NCBI GenBank assembly: GCA_030141605.1
Contig: JAQGDQ010000490.1
Coordinates: forward strand, 1-29,150
DNA: 29,150 nt
Source of the DNA: Tubiluchus corallicola
Lineage: Eukaryota > Animalia > Priapulida
Reading direction: 5' to 3'
The translations under genes and the position numbers were made by a program. The notes below the pieces were generated by a model. It saw only the letters and a program-made list of their open reading frames with translations, searched no databases and was not told the DNA's origin. Positions 10,096-21,187 of the stretch are shown here, one piece after another. Numbering within the stretch: the stretch's first letter is position 1; every line of letters starts with the position of its first letter.

Positions 10096-10330
10096 CTTTA
10101 TTCAAATTCGGCTTTTGAATTAACATTAGCTCAAAGACCTTTTGCCGACTGTAAATAACAAATCTACACCTACACACCTACACCTACCTAATTTTACTCT
10201 AAATACCACGCGCGAGGCAGGGCAACGGCATGTACTATTTTTAAAGTCTTCGGTACGACCCGCCGCTGTATCGAACTCGCGATCTCCCAGATGGAAAACG
10301 GACGCGTTATCACTAGACTATACCGTCTAG
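10096..10330 (-). mobile_element. tRNA-derived SINE (possibly MetaSINE-like core)
   Basis: Minus strand has an A-box-like TAGTCTAGTGA and a B-box GAGTTCGATAC, then GTCGTACCGAAGACTTTAAAAATAGTAC (resembles the Meta-domain core as I recall it; unverified). It ends with AATAAA and an (ATT)n tail. Confidence 0.65.
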
Positions 10331-10535
10331 CCATCAAATTTTGCAGAACACTAAATAATTTAATCATTTCTTGTTTGTGTGTGCTTAGCAACTGACGTTG
10401 AGAAACGCAAACATGGCGAATAAATGGAGGGGTGACCACTATGAAAACGGCCCTCAACTATTTCTCTGATTTCATGTTAGACTAGCGTCCCTAGCAACGG
10501 TCACGTGATGGATGCAATGGCTGTTTCACGAAGAT

Positions 10536-10727
10536 TCAACATTCACGTTCACTGTTCCTGTACTTGTCATGCAATTCGCATTTCAAGTGATTGAAGAGGA
10601 TCTTATTTCTTGCATTGTCTTCGTCTCTTCTCTTGTGAAATGAAGCCTGTGTTTTCAGTCCTAGGTGTATGACAAAAGCATTGCTGAGCACGTGGAATTT
10701 GTAGCCGGCCACGTGCAACTCGCATGC
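10536..10727 (-). CDS. B4GAT1: Beta-1,4-glucuronyltransferase 1 (GT49), coding exon 2 of 2
   Basis: Acceptor TTTTGTTTCAG; ACELHVAGYKFHVLSNAFVIHLG...NKILFNHLKCELHDKYRNSEREC* matches the B4GAT1 C-terminus (ACELHVAGF...NKILY...C). Confidence 0.92.
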   Translation of the reverse strand, partial: ACELHVAGYKFHVLSNAFVIHLGLKTQASFHKRRDEDNARNKILFNHLKCELHDKYRNSEREC

Positions 10728-10796
10728 CTGAAACAAAAGCAATTTACTCGATCATTGAAAGTTCTGGTTACACACAGACAGGGCTGGATTGCGCGT

Positions 10797-10936
10797 ATCA
10801 TCATCTCATCATCATCACCGTCATCGAAATCATCATCGTGATCACCATTGTCATTGTCATCATCATCATCATCATCATCATCATCACCGTCATAGAAATC
10901 ATCATTGTGATCACGATTGTCACTGTCGTCGTCATC

Positions 10937-10967
<31 letters not shown>

Positions 10968-11013
10968 TCATCATCATCGTCATCTTTATCATCACTGTCA
11001 TCATCGTCATCAT
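10797..11013. repeat. Degenerate (CAT)n microsatellite
   Basis: Read directly; source of the spurious poly-His/Ile/Met ORFs. Confidence 0.95.
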
Positions 11014-11282
11014 TGTTTTATTATGCACTTATTATTACTGTGTATGAATTGTACTAACGCGTTATAAGCATATCAATTTAATGTCATTCGTAACAATTAA
11101 ATTTTTATTATAAGCAGTACTAACACTAATACACTGTAGCACGGCGCTTATAAAAATGTTCATCACTAACCAAAGGGCAGCTGACTAGATGACCAATTGG
11201 TCTTTCGCTGCCCTTTCTTCACATTTTTGTTTCCAAGTTAATTGTATTATAACTGTCCGTGTGTTGCAAGATAAATAAAAAG

Positions 11283-11312
11283 ATTATTATTATTATTATT
11301 ATTATTATTACG

Positions 11313-11345
<33 letters not shown>

Positions 11346-11455
11346 GTAGTCATCGTCTTCGTATCATCATTATTATCATCACCGTCATCGCCATCATCTT
11401 TATCATCACTGTCATCATCGTCATTAACGTCATCATCATTATTATCATCATCGTC
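11283..11455. repeat. (ATT)n + degenerate (CAT)n microsatellite
   Basis: Read directly from the sequence. Confidence 0.93.
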
Positions 11456-11845
11456 AAATTGATTTGTATGGAAAATTTACCACCATGCCAAAGAATGTTA
11501 CGTTGAAAGTAATTTCATTGAATAGAAACACGATTTTTCGAGTAAGCACGCCCGTTCTTCAAATGTTTGCAATTATCGTATATTTATGGAGAATAAAACT
11601 TTAGTTCAGGGGTGTGCAAATTATCTGACTAGCTGGGCCACATTAAACTTTCCCGCAATTCCTGCGGGACCACAGGCAGTTTGATCAAGGAGCCAAGTAC
11701 AGAAAGGCCTGATAACGACTTTTTTGCATCCGACCTGCGTACATCATTACTACTACACTCAAGAAACTATTTTAGAAGTTATTAAAATTTATATTACAAA
11801 CCATATATTTCTACTTTCAGGACAGATAGTGGTAATTTCATTACA

Positions 11846-13910
11846 ATGCATATTAGTAATGTGTATCACACAGTCTGTGTAGCTGAAGTTAAAACTCCAA
11901 ACCGCAAAGATTGTAGCCGTCAGATCCGTATTGCTGAAACAGACTGTGTCGAATTTCAGAGAGTGATGTCTTCAGTTGAACCTCCTGATGATGTAGATGA
12001 TGTAAATAGTTGTGTTACTGATATTAATAATGTTTTCCGTGATAAACTGATTAGATGTAAAGCTCCGAATCGTCTCATCAATCGTTATCAGCCGACGGAT
12101 CGTTGGCGCCGTATGCTCGAGCTCAATGATTCTAAGGAAATATGGAATGCCATAGACTGGAAAGGAAACACGATTGAATCTGAATCCTTTGAATCTCCAA
12201 CTAGCGAAGAATTCAAACGTCATTTCGAGGATCTTCTCAACCCAGATCGTGATGGTCCAGAGGACTTATTATCACTGTGCGATGGGCCAAGTATCCCTAT
12301 CACAGATGATCCGATCGCTTTCGATGAGTTTGTTTCTGCTGCTTCCGAATGTAAATCAAGTAGTAGTGGTGGACCCTCTGGTTTTGCTGGTGCTGTGTTC
12401 AATTTTATCCCAGATAATTGGATTAATTACCTGTGTCTTGTTCTGAATTTCATATTCTTTTCGCGATCTTTCCCGATTCCGTGGTGCTTTAGCCGCCTTG
12501 TTACTATTTTTAAGAGAGGATCTCGTAAGGACTGCGATAATTACCGCGGTTTGTCAATCATGGATTCCCTTGCGAAAATATACGATCGAATTTTGTGCAA
12601 ACGTTTAGAGATGTGGTTCAAACCCGATAGGGAGCAGGCTGGCGCCCAAAAGGGTAGATCCTGCATTGAGTGGATTGTGACTCTAAGACTATTAATGGAC
12701 TATGCACTGTTTAAAAAGAAGAAATTATATATCGTTTTCGTAGACTTCTCGAAAGCTTACGATAGAGTTCCACGTTCTGGTTTGATTAGGGCCTTGAGAG
12801 CTCTTGGCTGTGGTCTTGTGATGCTTTCTGCTCTTGCTGCCATGTATGTGAATACGCAGCTGGTCCTTGGTGCTGCCGTTATTGGTGTTACATTAGGTGT
12901 GAAGCAGGGTTCTCCGTCATCCTGTTCCCTCTTCACTCTGTATATTAACCCTCTTATTCGTGAATTAAAGTCTAGATGTGGTCTCGATGGTTTCCTAGGA
13001 AATTTACACTGTTTGATGTTGATGGATGATACAATCTTATTGTCAACATCTAGAGAAGGTATTATTCAAAAACTCAGTATCCTTATTGAGTTCTGTGATC
13101 AATCCGGTATGAAGGTGAACTTAAAAAAGACTAAATTTATGGTTATTAATGGCGATGCTGTTGATCGTCTGGACCTCGTAGTGAACCCCCTTACTGTTAA
13201 TCACTGTGACTATTACGTTTACCTCGGTGCTGTCTTTAGCTCAACAGGAAAATTTAAACCCGCTCTGGAAAAACACTGCGAAGACAAATATTGTCACGTA
13301 CTGAAGTTCGTGTCATTTATTTCTAAGAATTCAGCTTATCCTTTTGCAGTTAAGAAGTTAGTTTTAAATGCCGCGCTACTTGCTGCAATTACGTACGGAT
13401 GTGAGTCTTGGCTATGCAATGACCTTAATCCTATTCAAGGGATGTATATTAGTGTTATTAAATGTTTACTCGGTGTGCGACGTACAACTGCTAATGATTT
13501 GTGTCTCATAGAGTTGGGCCTTCCCTCCCTGAATGGTTTTGTGAAGGACACCCAATCTCGCTTTTTCAATAAGATTGCTCGCTCAAGAGTGAATATTCCT
13601 GATGATCCGTTTATGATTGTTTACAATTTGTGTCGCGAGTCAAACACCCCATGTGCTCGATATTTGCGTAATATAACTGGATACCGTGGTGATTTTATCG
13701 ATGATGACCTGAATAGAATCAAAGATAGGATCCGCGCTTCTGACCGTACGAAATTTGTCACATACTTGTGAATTTTGTGAATGCCCTGAAACACGTATCT
13801 TAAGAAACAATTCCGATTTAATATTTGATGATTTAGTGACTTTTTTCAGCGGAAATCCCGCTGATATTTGTAATTTTGTACACGATGCTCTAGCCATTTT
13901 TGGTCTCTAA
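11846..13910 (+). pseudogene. LINE reverse transcriptase remnant (no endonuclease, internally deleted C-terminus)
   Basis: Motifs IFKRG..DCDNYRGLS, EQAG, FVDFSKAYDRV, GVKQG, LMLMDD, VNLKKTK, YVYLG. The first 12 aa are MITE-derived. After the stop at 13771 another frame reads CECPETRILR..AIFGL* to 13910. Confidence 0.88.
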
Positions 13911-14048
13911 TTGTTACTACACCATACATTGAGTGATCTATGGACTATGATCAGCCTAAATTTCTTAAATGTTGCAACTATCTCGAAACGATTCTTATGA
14001 CTTTTTGTATATATCTTTGACCATGGTCAATAAATAAATAAATAATAA
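11883..14048 (+). mobile_element. 5'-truncated non-LTR retrotransposon (RTE/RTEX-like, clade tentative)
   Basis: RT ORF; 3' tail AATAAATAAATAAATAATAA; inserted at GTGTAG^TACAG of the MITE with at most a 2-3 bp (TAG) duplication. Confidence 0.92.
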
Positions 14049-14973
14049 TAGTACAGTGACATTAAGCTACAACCATCTTGTAAGGGTTAATGGCATCCGA
14101 TCTAGTAGAAAAAACTACCCGCACTATCTTTAGGATTGTGGCACGGACTTCAGCTGGATACACTCAATTAATCATCCGGGCCGCACTTTCATTAGGTTGA
14201 CAAATCTCTTCGCGGGCCGCACAAATTCTCTCGGCGGGCCGCAAGTGGCCCGCGGACCGCAATTTGCACACCCCTGCTTTAGTTAATACTTCATTTAACC
14301 AAATTCAAGTTACGGATGTTAAAATTTCTAAAATTAAAACACTTAACGAAACTAATTTTGCATGTTAAAACTTGTTACGCGATTGTATCAAAACATAAGT
14401 TACTTGCAAGAGGGATATAAGCCAAGCAAAATTTGATAAAAAAGATGTATATTTCGTGTTGTGTTTTGTTTCTCTCGGAAGGCTCGTAGAGAAAACCAGA
14501 ACACACTTCATCAAATTAAACTAGTTTAGTAAGCGAGAATTCTACAAGACAAAAGTATGAAGGAACGCGAAATGTTTACAGTAAACGTGAAAATCTTGAA
14601 AACGTTTAAGTGTATCTGAAAATACAAGAGATACGACGGTAATGAAGGTACTCGCATTTTGGTACATTTTAGTGTTAAGCTCAAATAATAGGTTTGACCA
14701 CATTTAGTTGAATGCAGTATATTTTGTAGTTGAAAAATATTAATAACGTGTAAAAGTTTTAGCGTGACATCACCGGTTTTTCGCGCTGGGCTGTTCTCTT
14801 GTTCAATTTCTGATCACTTCCGCTTTATAAATGTCTCACTGCCACGTTATCTTTTGCCCGTTCAGACAATGCTTCTGACAAACAGTGGTCATTTTTACAG
14901 CTTATAAAATAACAGCGGATTCTTAGGTACGATCGAAAAGAAAGAACTAGACAATAAGGCAGTAATGACAGAT

Positions 14974-15082
14974 GACCTGTCCTAACATATAGCTCACATC
15001 ATCGTGTAGCCCCGTTCTTCGTCTTTCTAAAGAGCCGTATATCTCCTTTCGAGAGTCCCACCGGGCGCCGCTAGAACGTTTT
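14974..15082. repeat. Dispersed ~108-bp repeat (copy 1)
   Basis: CACATCATCGTGTAGCCC...GGCGCCGCTAGAACGTTTT recurs at 19310-19418. Confidence 0.85.
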
Positions 15083-15284
15083 ACGTTGAAGTAACGTGTA
15101 AAAAATCAGAAGAAATATTTCAAAATGCGAAGAAAGGGAGGTTGTTGTCATTAAGATCATAACAGTACCAACGGCGCTCATTTTAAGTTACCGTATCACA
15201 TAGAAGCATGCATCAAAACTGTTTTAAAAATTATGAAACATGTAAATCCGCCTATACTATAAAAGAAAATTACATGAAAAATAG

Positions 15285-15674
15285 TGTTGTGAAAGTCATT
15301 TTTGAAGTTGTTGATCACTCATTTTGTTATACTGAGTTTAGGCACAGAAGTATGAACAAGAATAAAAAATCTATAATACATATTTGCACTGCACACAACA
15401 GAAAAGTGTTTATTAAAACTAAAGACACATGACTACTGCACTGAACACTGAGAGTGAGAGTGAGAGTGACTAGAAAGCAAAACCAGTCAGTATATATAGG
15501 TATAGGTGACCTATGCAGACTTGTTCACAACAACCATTACTTTAAAATAGGGAGAGAACCAGTGTGTATGTAGTCACTGAACCATACAATTATACTGGGG
15601 GTAAGTCAGCTGGTAGAATGTAACAGGAGTAGCCCATAGATGGCAGCACCTAATTATAATGTACAATTCCAACT
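15285..15674 (-). mobile_element. Diverged solo LTR, related to 2166-2548
   Basis: Shares collinear blocks with 4416-4799 (TGTGAAAGTCAT, CCAGTCAGTATATATAGGTATAGGT, AAAATAGGGAGAGA, ATAGATGGCAGCACCTAA). Confidence 0.75.
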
Positions 15675-15761
15675 TCCCCAAGTGTCATAGGATCTTTAAC
15701 TATGTTCTAAACAGACCTTTGTCTAAATCCACGTAGACAAAAGCACGGTAACGCGTCAGTA

Positions 15762-15899
15762 GTGTCGTTAGCTCTTCTACTTGGAAGAGGTTGCAAATCA
15801 TTTAAATACAGGATAGGTATAACTGATTCAGATCTGTGTGTTTTCGGTTTGGGCAGTCAAACCCCAGAACATTTAATTTTTCATTGTCCGTTACCATAG
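15762..15899 (+). pseudogene. Fragment of a LINE C-terminal CCHC zinc-knuckle region
   Basis: Translates VSLALLLGRGCKSFKYRIGITDSDLCVFGLGSQTPEHLIFHCP, resembling the RIG..DS.LC.CG...T.EH....CP motif. Confidence 0.65.
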
Positions 15900-16139
15900 G
15901 TTAGAAAAGATATGAGAGTGAATCTCGAACGCAGCTGCGTCCAGCTTAGGGGATTGAGTTTGGGAGCTGAGGGAGAGTAGGCTAGATCAGGGGCTTGGCA
16001 TTACTATCTATTATATTTATTGTGTTCCAACACATAAGTAATGCACGTTTTCTTCCATCCTATTTTTGCTTGATAAACCTCTTCCTGTTTGTGTTAGAGA
16101 GTGTTAGAAAACGGTTGTTTGTATGTTAAATCATGATTA

Positions 16140-16381
16140 TTCAATGGTCAAATGCTCAGGAAATGGTCACTTCAATGGTAAAATGCTCAGGAAATGGTCA
16201 CTTCAATGGTCAAATGCTCAGGAAATTGTTACTTCAATGGTCGAATGGTCAGGAAATGGTCACTTCAATGGTCGAATGGTCAAGAAATGGTCACTTCAAT
16301 GGTCGAATGGTCAGGAAATGGTCACTTCAATGGTCAAATGGTCAGGAAATGGTCACTTCAATGGTCAAATGCTCAGGAAAT
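16140..16381. repeat. 31-bp minisatellite, ~8 copies
   Basis: TCAATGGT recurs at 16141, 16172, 16203 ... 16358; internal ~10-bp AATGGTCA sub-repeat. Confidence 0.97.
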
Positions 16382-16406
16382 TAACTAGAAAACACTTCTG
16401 TCTTAC

Positions 16407-17492
16407 CTGTGACATCCGGTTGTAACCATATCCGCGAAATCTTTCGTCATATTTTGAGAAGCCCTTTTTGGCTATGTAGTACGGTTCCCACCTAGAGTGC
16501 CACACCACTTCATAAAGGACTCGCATCTCTTCACTAAAATCTGCCAGCCATTGCTCATAGTTCGTGCGACCGTGGCAATGAGGACAAATGTCTGCGTAGA
16601 ATTGCCTGATGATGGTCATATTTGCTGCTACCAACTGAATCAGTTCTTGTTTATTCTCTGGCAACAGTGCCTCCTTCTCCATTTCAAATGCCGGGACGAC
16701 GTAGGCATTCTTGTCACTATCATCGTTGAACTCTGAGCCCCTTTTTTTCCATGAGTGTTTCCTTTGAAGAAATTGCAGAAAGTCTTGATGCAGATTCACA
16801 TTAACCACCATGTCAATATCGAGAACAAAAACGTATTCAGTAGTGGCGCCATCTGTGGCAACATTACGCAAAAAGTTTATGGGATAAACGGAATTTTTAT
16901 TTTGATAATTAAAGTTTAACTTTTTTACACAATTATTCTCATCACAATTTGGAAACCCGCAGAATAACTCAACTCTACAGTTGTGGTTATCAATGTCACT
17001 CCCACACTGGTGAAAATCTACGAGTGTGGTAAAGTTGACGTTGCTATGGTTACGTAGTCTGACAAGATGGAAGCTCGCATGCTGACGTATTGCAAAGAAA
17101 CAATGACGTAATCTACAAATGCTCTCACTGGCTGCCATAACATCGTCATCAGTAGGGGCAAAAACGGCAACGGAAATTTCATTTTGCCAACGCTGACTCA
17201 GCGAAATCAGATACGGTAGATTGTCCACAGATGCCTGAGTGACGACAGTAACACCAAATACGTCAGAATCGTGATGACGTGTCGCTGCCTCACTGCGTAC
17301 GAAATTGTAGATGACGTCATACTGTACCTCGCTGTCATGAAGAAATTTTTCGGTTTCAGTTCTGTAATGTTCACACATCCGCGATTTCTGGAACGGCAAA
17401 AAGTCTCTTTTAATTGTCCCCAATCCAATGAGAACCAACACAACAATAATATTGCTATAAGTTAAATAAACTTTCACGTGTTCTGATTTCAT
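16407..17492 (-). CDS. B4GAT1: Beta-1,4-glucuronyltransferase 1 (GT49), coding exon 1 of 2
   Basis: ATG at 17492; type II TM segment (IIVVLVLIGLG); motifs VTQAS, RW..ISVAVF, YPINFLRNVA, DxD (LDID), VVPAFE, WEPYYI, YDERFRGYGYNRMSQ; phase-0 donor CAG|GTAAGA. Spliced product ~425 aa. Confidence 0.93.
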
Positions 17493-17989
17493 TTTGCTTG
17501 ACTGTATTGGTATGCGCCCGTTGTTTTTTCGCAAAAAATAAACAAGATGAACCGGATACGTGATTTCAGGACAGAAAATTGTGATTTGCAACTCGGCTTA
17601 TTGCGTGCGAACTAACATACTGACAACCAAGCTCAGTTAACGCTGACCTAATGGCCCCACATAACAGCCTAATGACTTAGAGACTTCATTGAAACTTACC
17701 AGGGGCTATAAATTGCACTGTTGACCACGTCTTAATGTCACTACGTAAGTAAGTAAGCTGTTATGAGAAAATGACCCAATTACCAATATAATTCGTTTTT
17801 TATTTTTCCCGCATGAGGGAGCCAAAAACTAAAGGGGACAAGTGGGCAATTGCTGGCGGACTTGACAGGTTATTGCAGAGACTAACTTGTATTGTGGATA
17901 ATGCAATTTTTATATGAGAAATTTAATGTCATGCTTCAACCATAAACAGTGTGCTCTCTCTAGCCGAATGAAGTAAGTGATTTTTGTAA

Positions 17990-18115
17990 ATCTAAGTTTA
18001 TTAATTAGAAAGCAATTTTCTGTGACAGACAGACATACATACAGACAGACAGAACCGATAACTTTACAGTTCCCCACTTTCGTTGAAGCAACTACAGTCA
18101 TCGAGTAACTATTAA
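17990..18115 (-). mobile_element. Possible Helentron/DINE-1-like non-autonomous fragment
   Basis: (CTGT)/(ATGT) tetranucleotide tract about 60 bp inside a TT-bounded end; architecture only, no termini confirmed. Confidence 0.25.
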
Positions 18116-18266
18116 TAAAACACATTAACATTAATATATAGCATTAGGATAAATTCGTCAGACGTTTATTAGATTAGCATGGAGGCCTTTCTCCAAACCG
18201 CATTGATCAATCTGCACATGATTAATTGATAGTTATAGTCACACAGTCAACCGTGTAAAAGCTTAA

Positions 18267-18725
18267 CCCTTTCATACCCGTTGTATCCCGTGGGATACGA
18301 GATTTTTTTTGCCTTTAAAATTAATAAAATTTTAAAACTGACAGTTATTTGATCTGTTGATAGTTATTTTGATTTAAGCCAATAACAATAGACTAAAAAT
18401 GGTGATAAAATGGCAAACTAGAAAATCTACATAGCTTGAAAAACTACCAAAGGTACAGTAGTTTAGAGACGACATTGTACAGATCAGCATAGCATGAATA
18501 CTAAATGTCTTAAATACTTTAAAAAAATTATCAACAGTTGCAAAATGAAGCACATTTCATGCTTCCATTGAATCCCAATGTATCCCGTGCAATACAGGCT
18601 ATATTTAGCACACTGGCACAGTTAGAAAAAAATATTATTGTGTGTAAACAAGATGGACAAACTGAACAAAAGTACCAAGCCAAAAATTTTTTTCTTATTA
18701 TAAAAATAATTTGGGACTGAAAGGG
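18267..18725 (+). mobile_element. piggyBac-like MITE, copy 1
   Basis: TTAA|CCCTTTCATACCC ... GGGACTGAAAGGG|TTAA. Confidence 0.9.
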
Positions 18726-19309
18726 TTAATTGATAGTTTAAGTCACACAGTCAACCGTGTGAAGTTTAACGATTTTGCCTTGTCATCAATGTTTCACTTT
18801 TGTAACAGTTTTGGCAAATAAGTTTTGCATCGTCAGCACCAGTGAACAGCTGAATGACAAAAGCAAAGTCTGTACAGAAACAGCTTCAGCTATTTTGTGT
18901 TTTATAAACAAATTAATCGAAGCGCTTATAATGTGATGGTAATTAAAATGTTACTAAACGTAACACGAATAATTACTGTTGAACAGTTACTATTCATTAA
19001 AATCTAAATCTAAAAATAAATTAGGAAACTTTTTCGTCAGATGCTTTTATAATAATATTTACTAGCAAAGGCCCCGCAAAAAATTTTGCTTATAAACCAA
19101 CTTATTATCAAAAATACGCGAACATCCTACCTAGTGTTCGTTTATTTTCATAACGCAAAGCCAGCAGCAGCTTTTTCTGAATTAAAGCTATAAGTTTGTA
19201 GACAGAGTACAATGGTTGACGTCACAACAATGGCTTGCGTCAGCAGTTTTCTAAGCGAAATTTGCGGAAAAGAGAACATCTAATTAACTCGTCGTCACTC
19301 CTTTTGGTG

Positions 19310-19418
19310 GACCTGCCCTAAAATGCAGCCCACATCATCGTGTAGCCCTGCTCTTCCTCTTTCTAAAGAGCTATATATCTCCCTTCGAAAGTCCCACCAG
19401 GCGCCGCTAGAACGTTTT
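19310..19418. repeat. Dispersed ~108-bp repeat (copy 2), followed by GC-richer TE-like sequence to ~19780
   Basis: Homologous to 14974-15082. Confidence 0.8.
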
Positions 19419-19961
19419 TTCTGCAGGCTGCTTGATCAAAATTTCGAAAAAATCACGAGTTGGGTCCGGGAAAACGCCCGTTGCGGGACGCCGTGGCCCT
19501 CTCGGGAATTCTAAATATGCCTATGACACCCACCGCTGAACGGGCTATCTATCCATAGCCAGCACCACCCTGGGCCCGTTCCCGTTCTTCAGATCTCAGC
19601 GGTATAAATTTTGCAAAAAACGGCCGAAAATTGGCCATTTTTGGAGGTTTTTTGTCCCCCGTTCGTCCCGGTGGGTCCGTTTTGAAAAATAAACCCCAAT
19701 GAGACGACACTAGATAGAGACCTTTCGTTTGATGTATAGATCGCCGCTATATATATAGGCTTTCAGAATGAACAATTACCATAAGTTCAAAAAAGCTTTT
19801 GGGCTGTAAGTATCTGGCTTGTTTTCAATTTTATAATAATCATGACCGCATTGTTCTTGAAAATTAGAACGTGCAAGCCTAGCTGAATTACAAGAAATGA
19901 GACGATGGCTTCATGATGCAGACGATTAATTTCTAACGATGCTGCTACCTCGGTGAAAACC

Positions 19962-20013
19962 ATGAAATCCGTGTGGACAGTGTCCTTAGGGATTGCGGTT
20001 TTCATATGTCACG
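19962..20013 (+). CDS. LRR protein exon 1 (signal peptide)
   Basis: ACC-ATG context; MKSVWTVSLGIAVFICH; strong phase-1 donor ACG|GTAAGT; joins in frame to 21188 (G+TG=Val). Not in the ORF track. Confidence 0.8.
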
Positions 20014-20150
20014 GTAAGTAGATTTGAATTATGTAAATGTGGCACGTTAAAGGAAGAATCAACCATCGAATAACATTTATTGCATTTTAATGTACAATTA
20101 AAAATATTAAAATCACAATGCAAAATATGCGCATAGAATGCTTTGCTTAA

Positions 20151-20599
20151 CCCTTTCTTACCCGTTGTATCCTTTGGGATACGAGAATGTTTTCTGCCTT
20201 TAAAATTAATAAAACTTTAAAACTGACAGTTATTTGATCTGTTAATAGTTATTTTGATTTAAGCCAATAACAATAGACTAAAAATGGTGATAAAATGGCA
20301 AACTAAAAAATCTACGTAGCATAAAAAACTGCGCAAGGTACAGTACTTTACAGACAACTTTGTACAGATCAGCATAGCGTGCATACTAAATGTCTTAAAT
20401 ACTTTAAAAAATTATCAGCAGTTGCAAAATGAAGCACGTTTTATGCTTGCGTTGAATCCCAATGTATCCCGTGGGATACAGGCTATATTTAGCACGCGGG
20501 CACAGGTAGAAAAAAATAATTATTATGTGTAAACAAGATGTACATAGTACCAAGCCAAAAAATTTCCTCTTATTAAAAAAGAATTTGGGACTGAAAGGG
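20151..20599 (+). mobile_element. piggyBac-like MITE, copy 2 (LRR intron 1)
   Basis: TTAA|CCCTTTC...GAAAGGG|TTAA; homologous to copy 1. Confidence 0.9.
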
Positions 20600-21187
20600 T
20601 TAAAAATGTAAAAGAACTTTAAATGTTTCTCATCTCCCGCCAAACCAACGTTGACGGTGGCACATTTGAAAAAAAATTACGTATGCTTGGCAGCGTGACA
20701 TTTGTCCAATTACTTTCACAATTAAGCTTTGTGACTGCTAACCTTTTTGTTGTTACTGAATGTGAAGGATTTTAGGTTATTTTATTACTAAAGTGTTCTC
20801 TTATTCTGTAAACCCCCTATACTGTCCTTTAACTGCATTCACATGTATGTCTTGACTTGGCTTCTTTCTGTCATGCTCTACTGACAGAGCTAGTTTACCT
20901 GGCTAGTTGGCAGTCTGTTCTTGGCTAAGAGAGTTGTTGTTGTTGTTTTGTCTCAGTTAAACCATTTATTTGTCAAGAGCAGTAGAGCCATGATGTAAGT
21001 TTATTTTGATTGTTCAGTCTGACTTTATTATTAATTTTCTTTTTTCTTTTTGTTCTCAAATTAGTTTTTTAGACAGATTTTTTTACAGATAAAACGTAAT
21101 AAAGCTACTCAAACATGATTTTTTTTGACTTTGGGCATCATGAAGTAGTAGTCTCTCACACTGAATTTAATTTGTTTTTTCTTGCAG

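Larger units (their letters stand above)
11607..14276. mobile_element. hAT MITE (same family as 683-1183) split by a LINE insertion
   Basis: TIRs CAGGGGTGTGCAAATT; perfect 8-bp TSD CTTTAGTT (11599-11606 and 14277-14284); the halves 11607-11882 and ~14049-14276 reassemble into the uninterrupted copy. Confidence 0.95.

Noticed and set aside
10255-10330. Functional tRNA gene
   Set aside because: No convincing acceptor stem or cloverleaf; continues into a SINE-like body and tail.
16123-16425. Three-frame repetitive ORFs
   Set aside because: Stop-free minisatellite inside an intron.
18538-18720. Repeated 60-aa MQNEAHF ORF (also 21828-22010)
   Set aside because: Internal to the MITE, TTG start, disrupted in copy 2, no transposase motifs.
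21115-21187. ORF-track N-terminus MIFFDFG as the start of the LRR protein
   Set aside because: It contains the polypyrimidine tract and acceptor; a better signal-peptide exon exists at 19962-20013.
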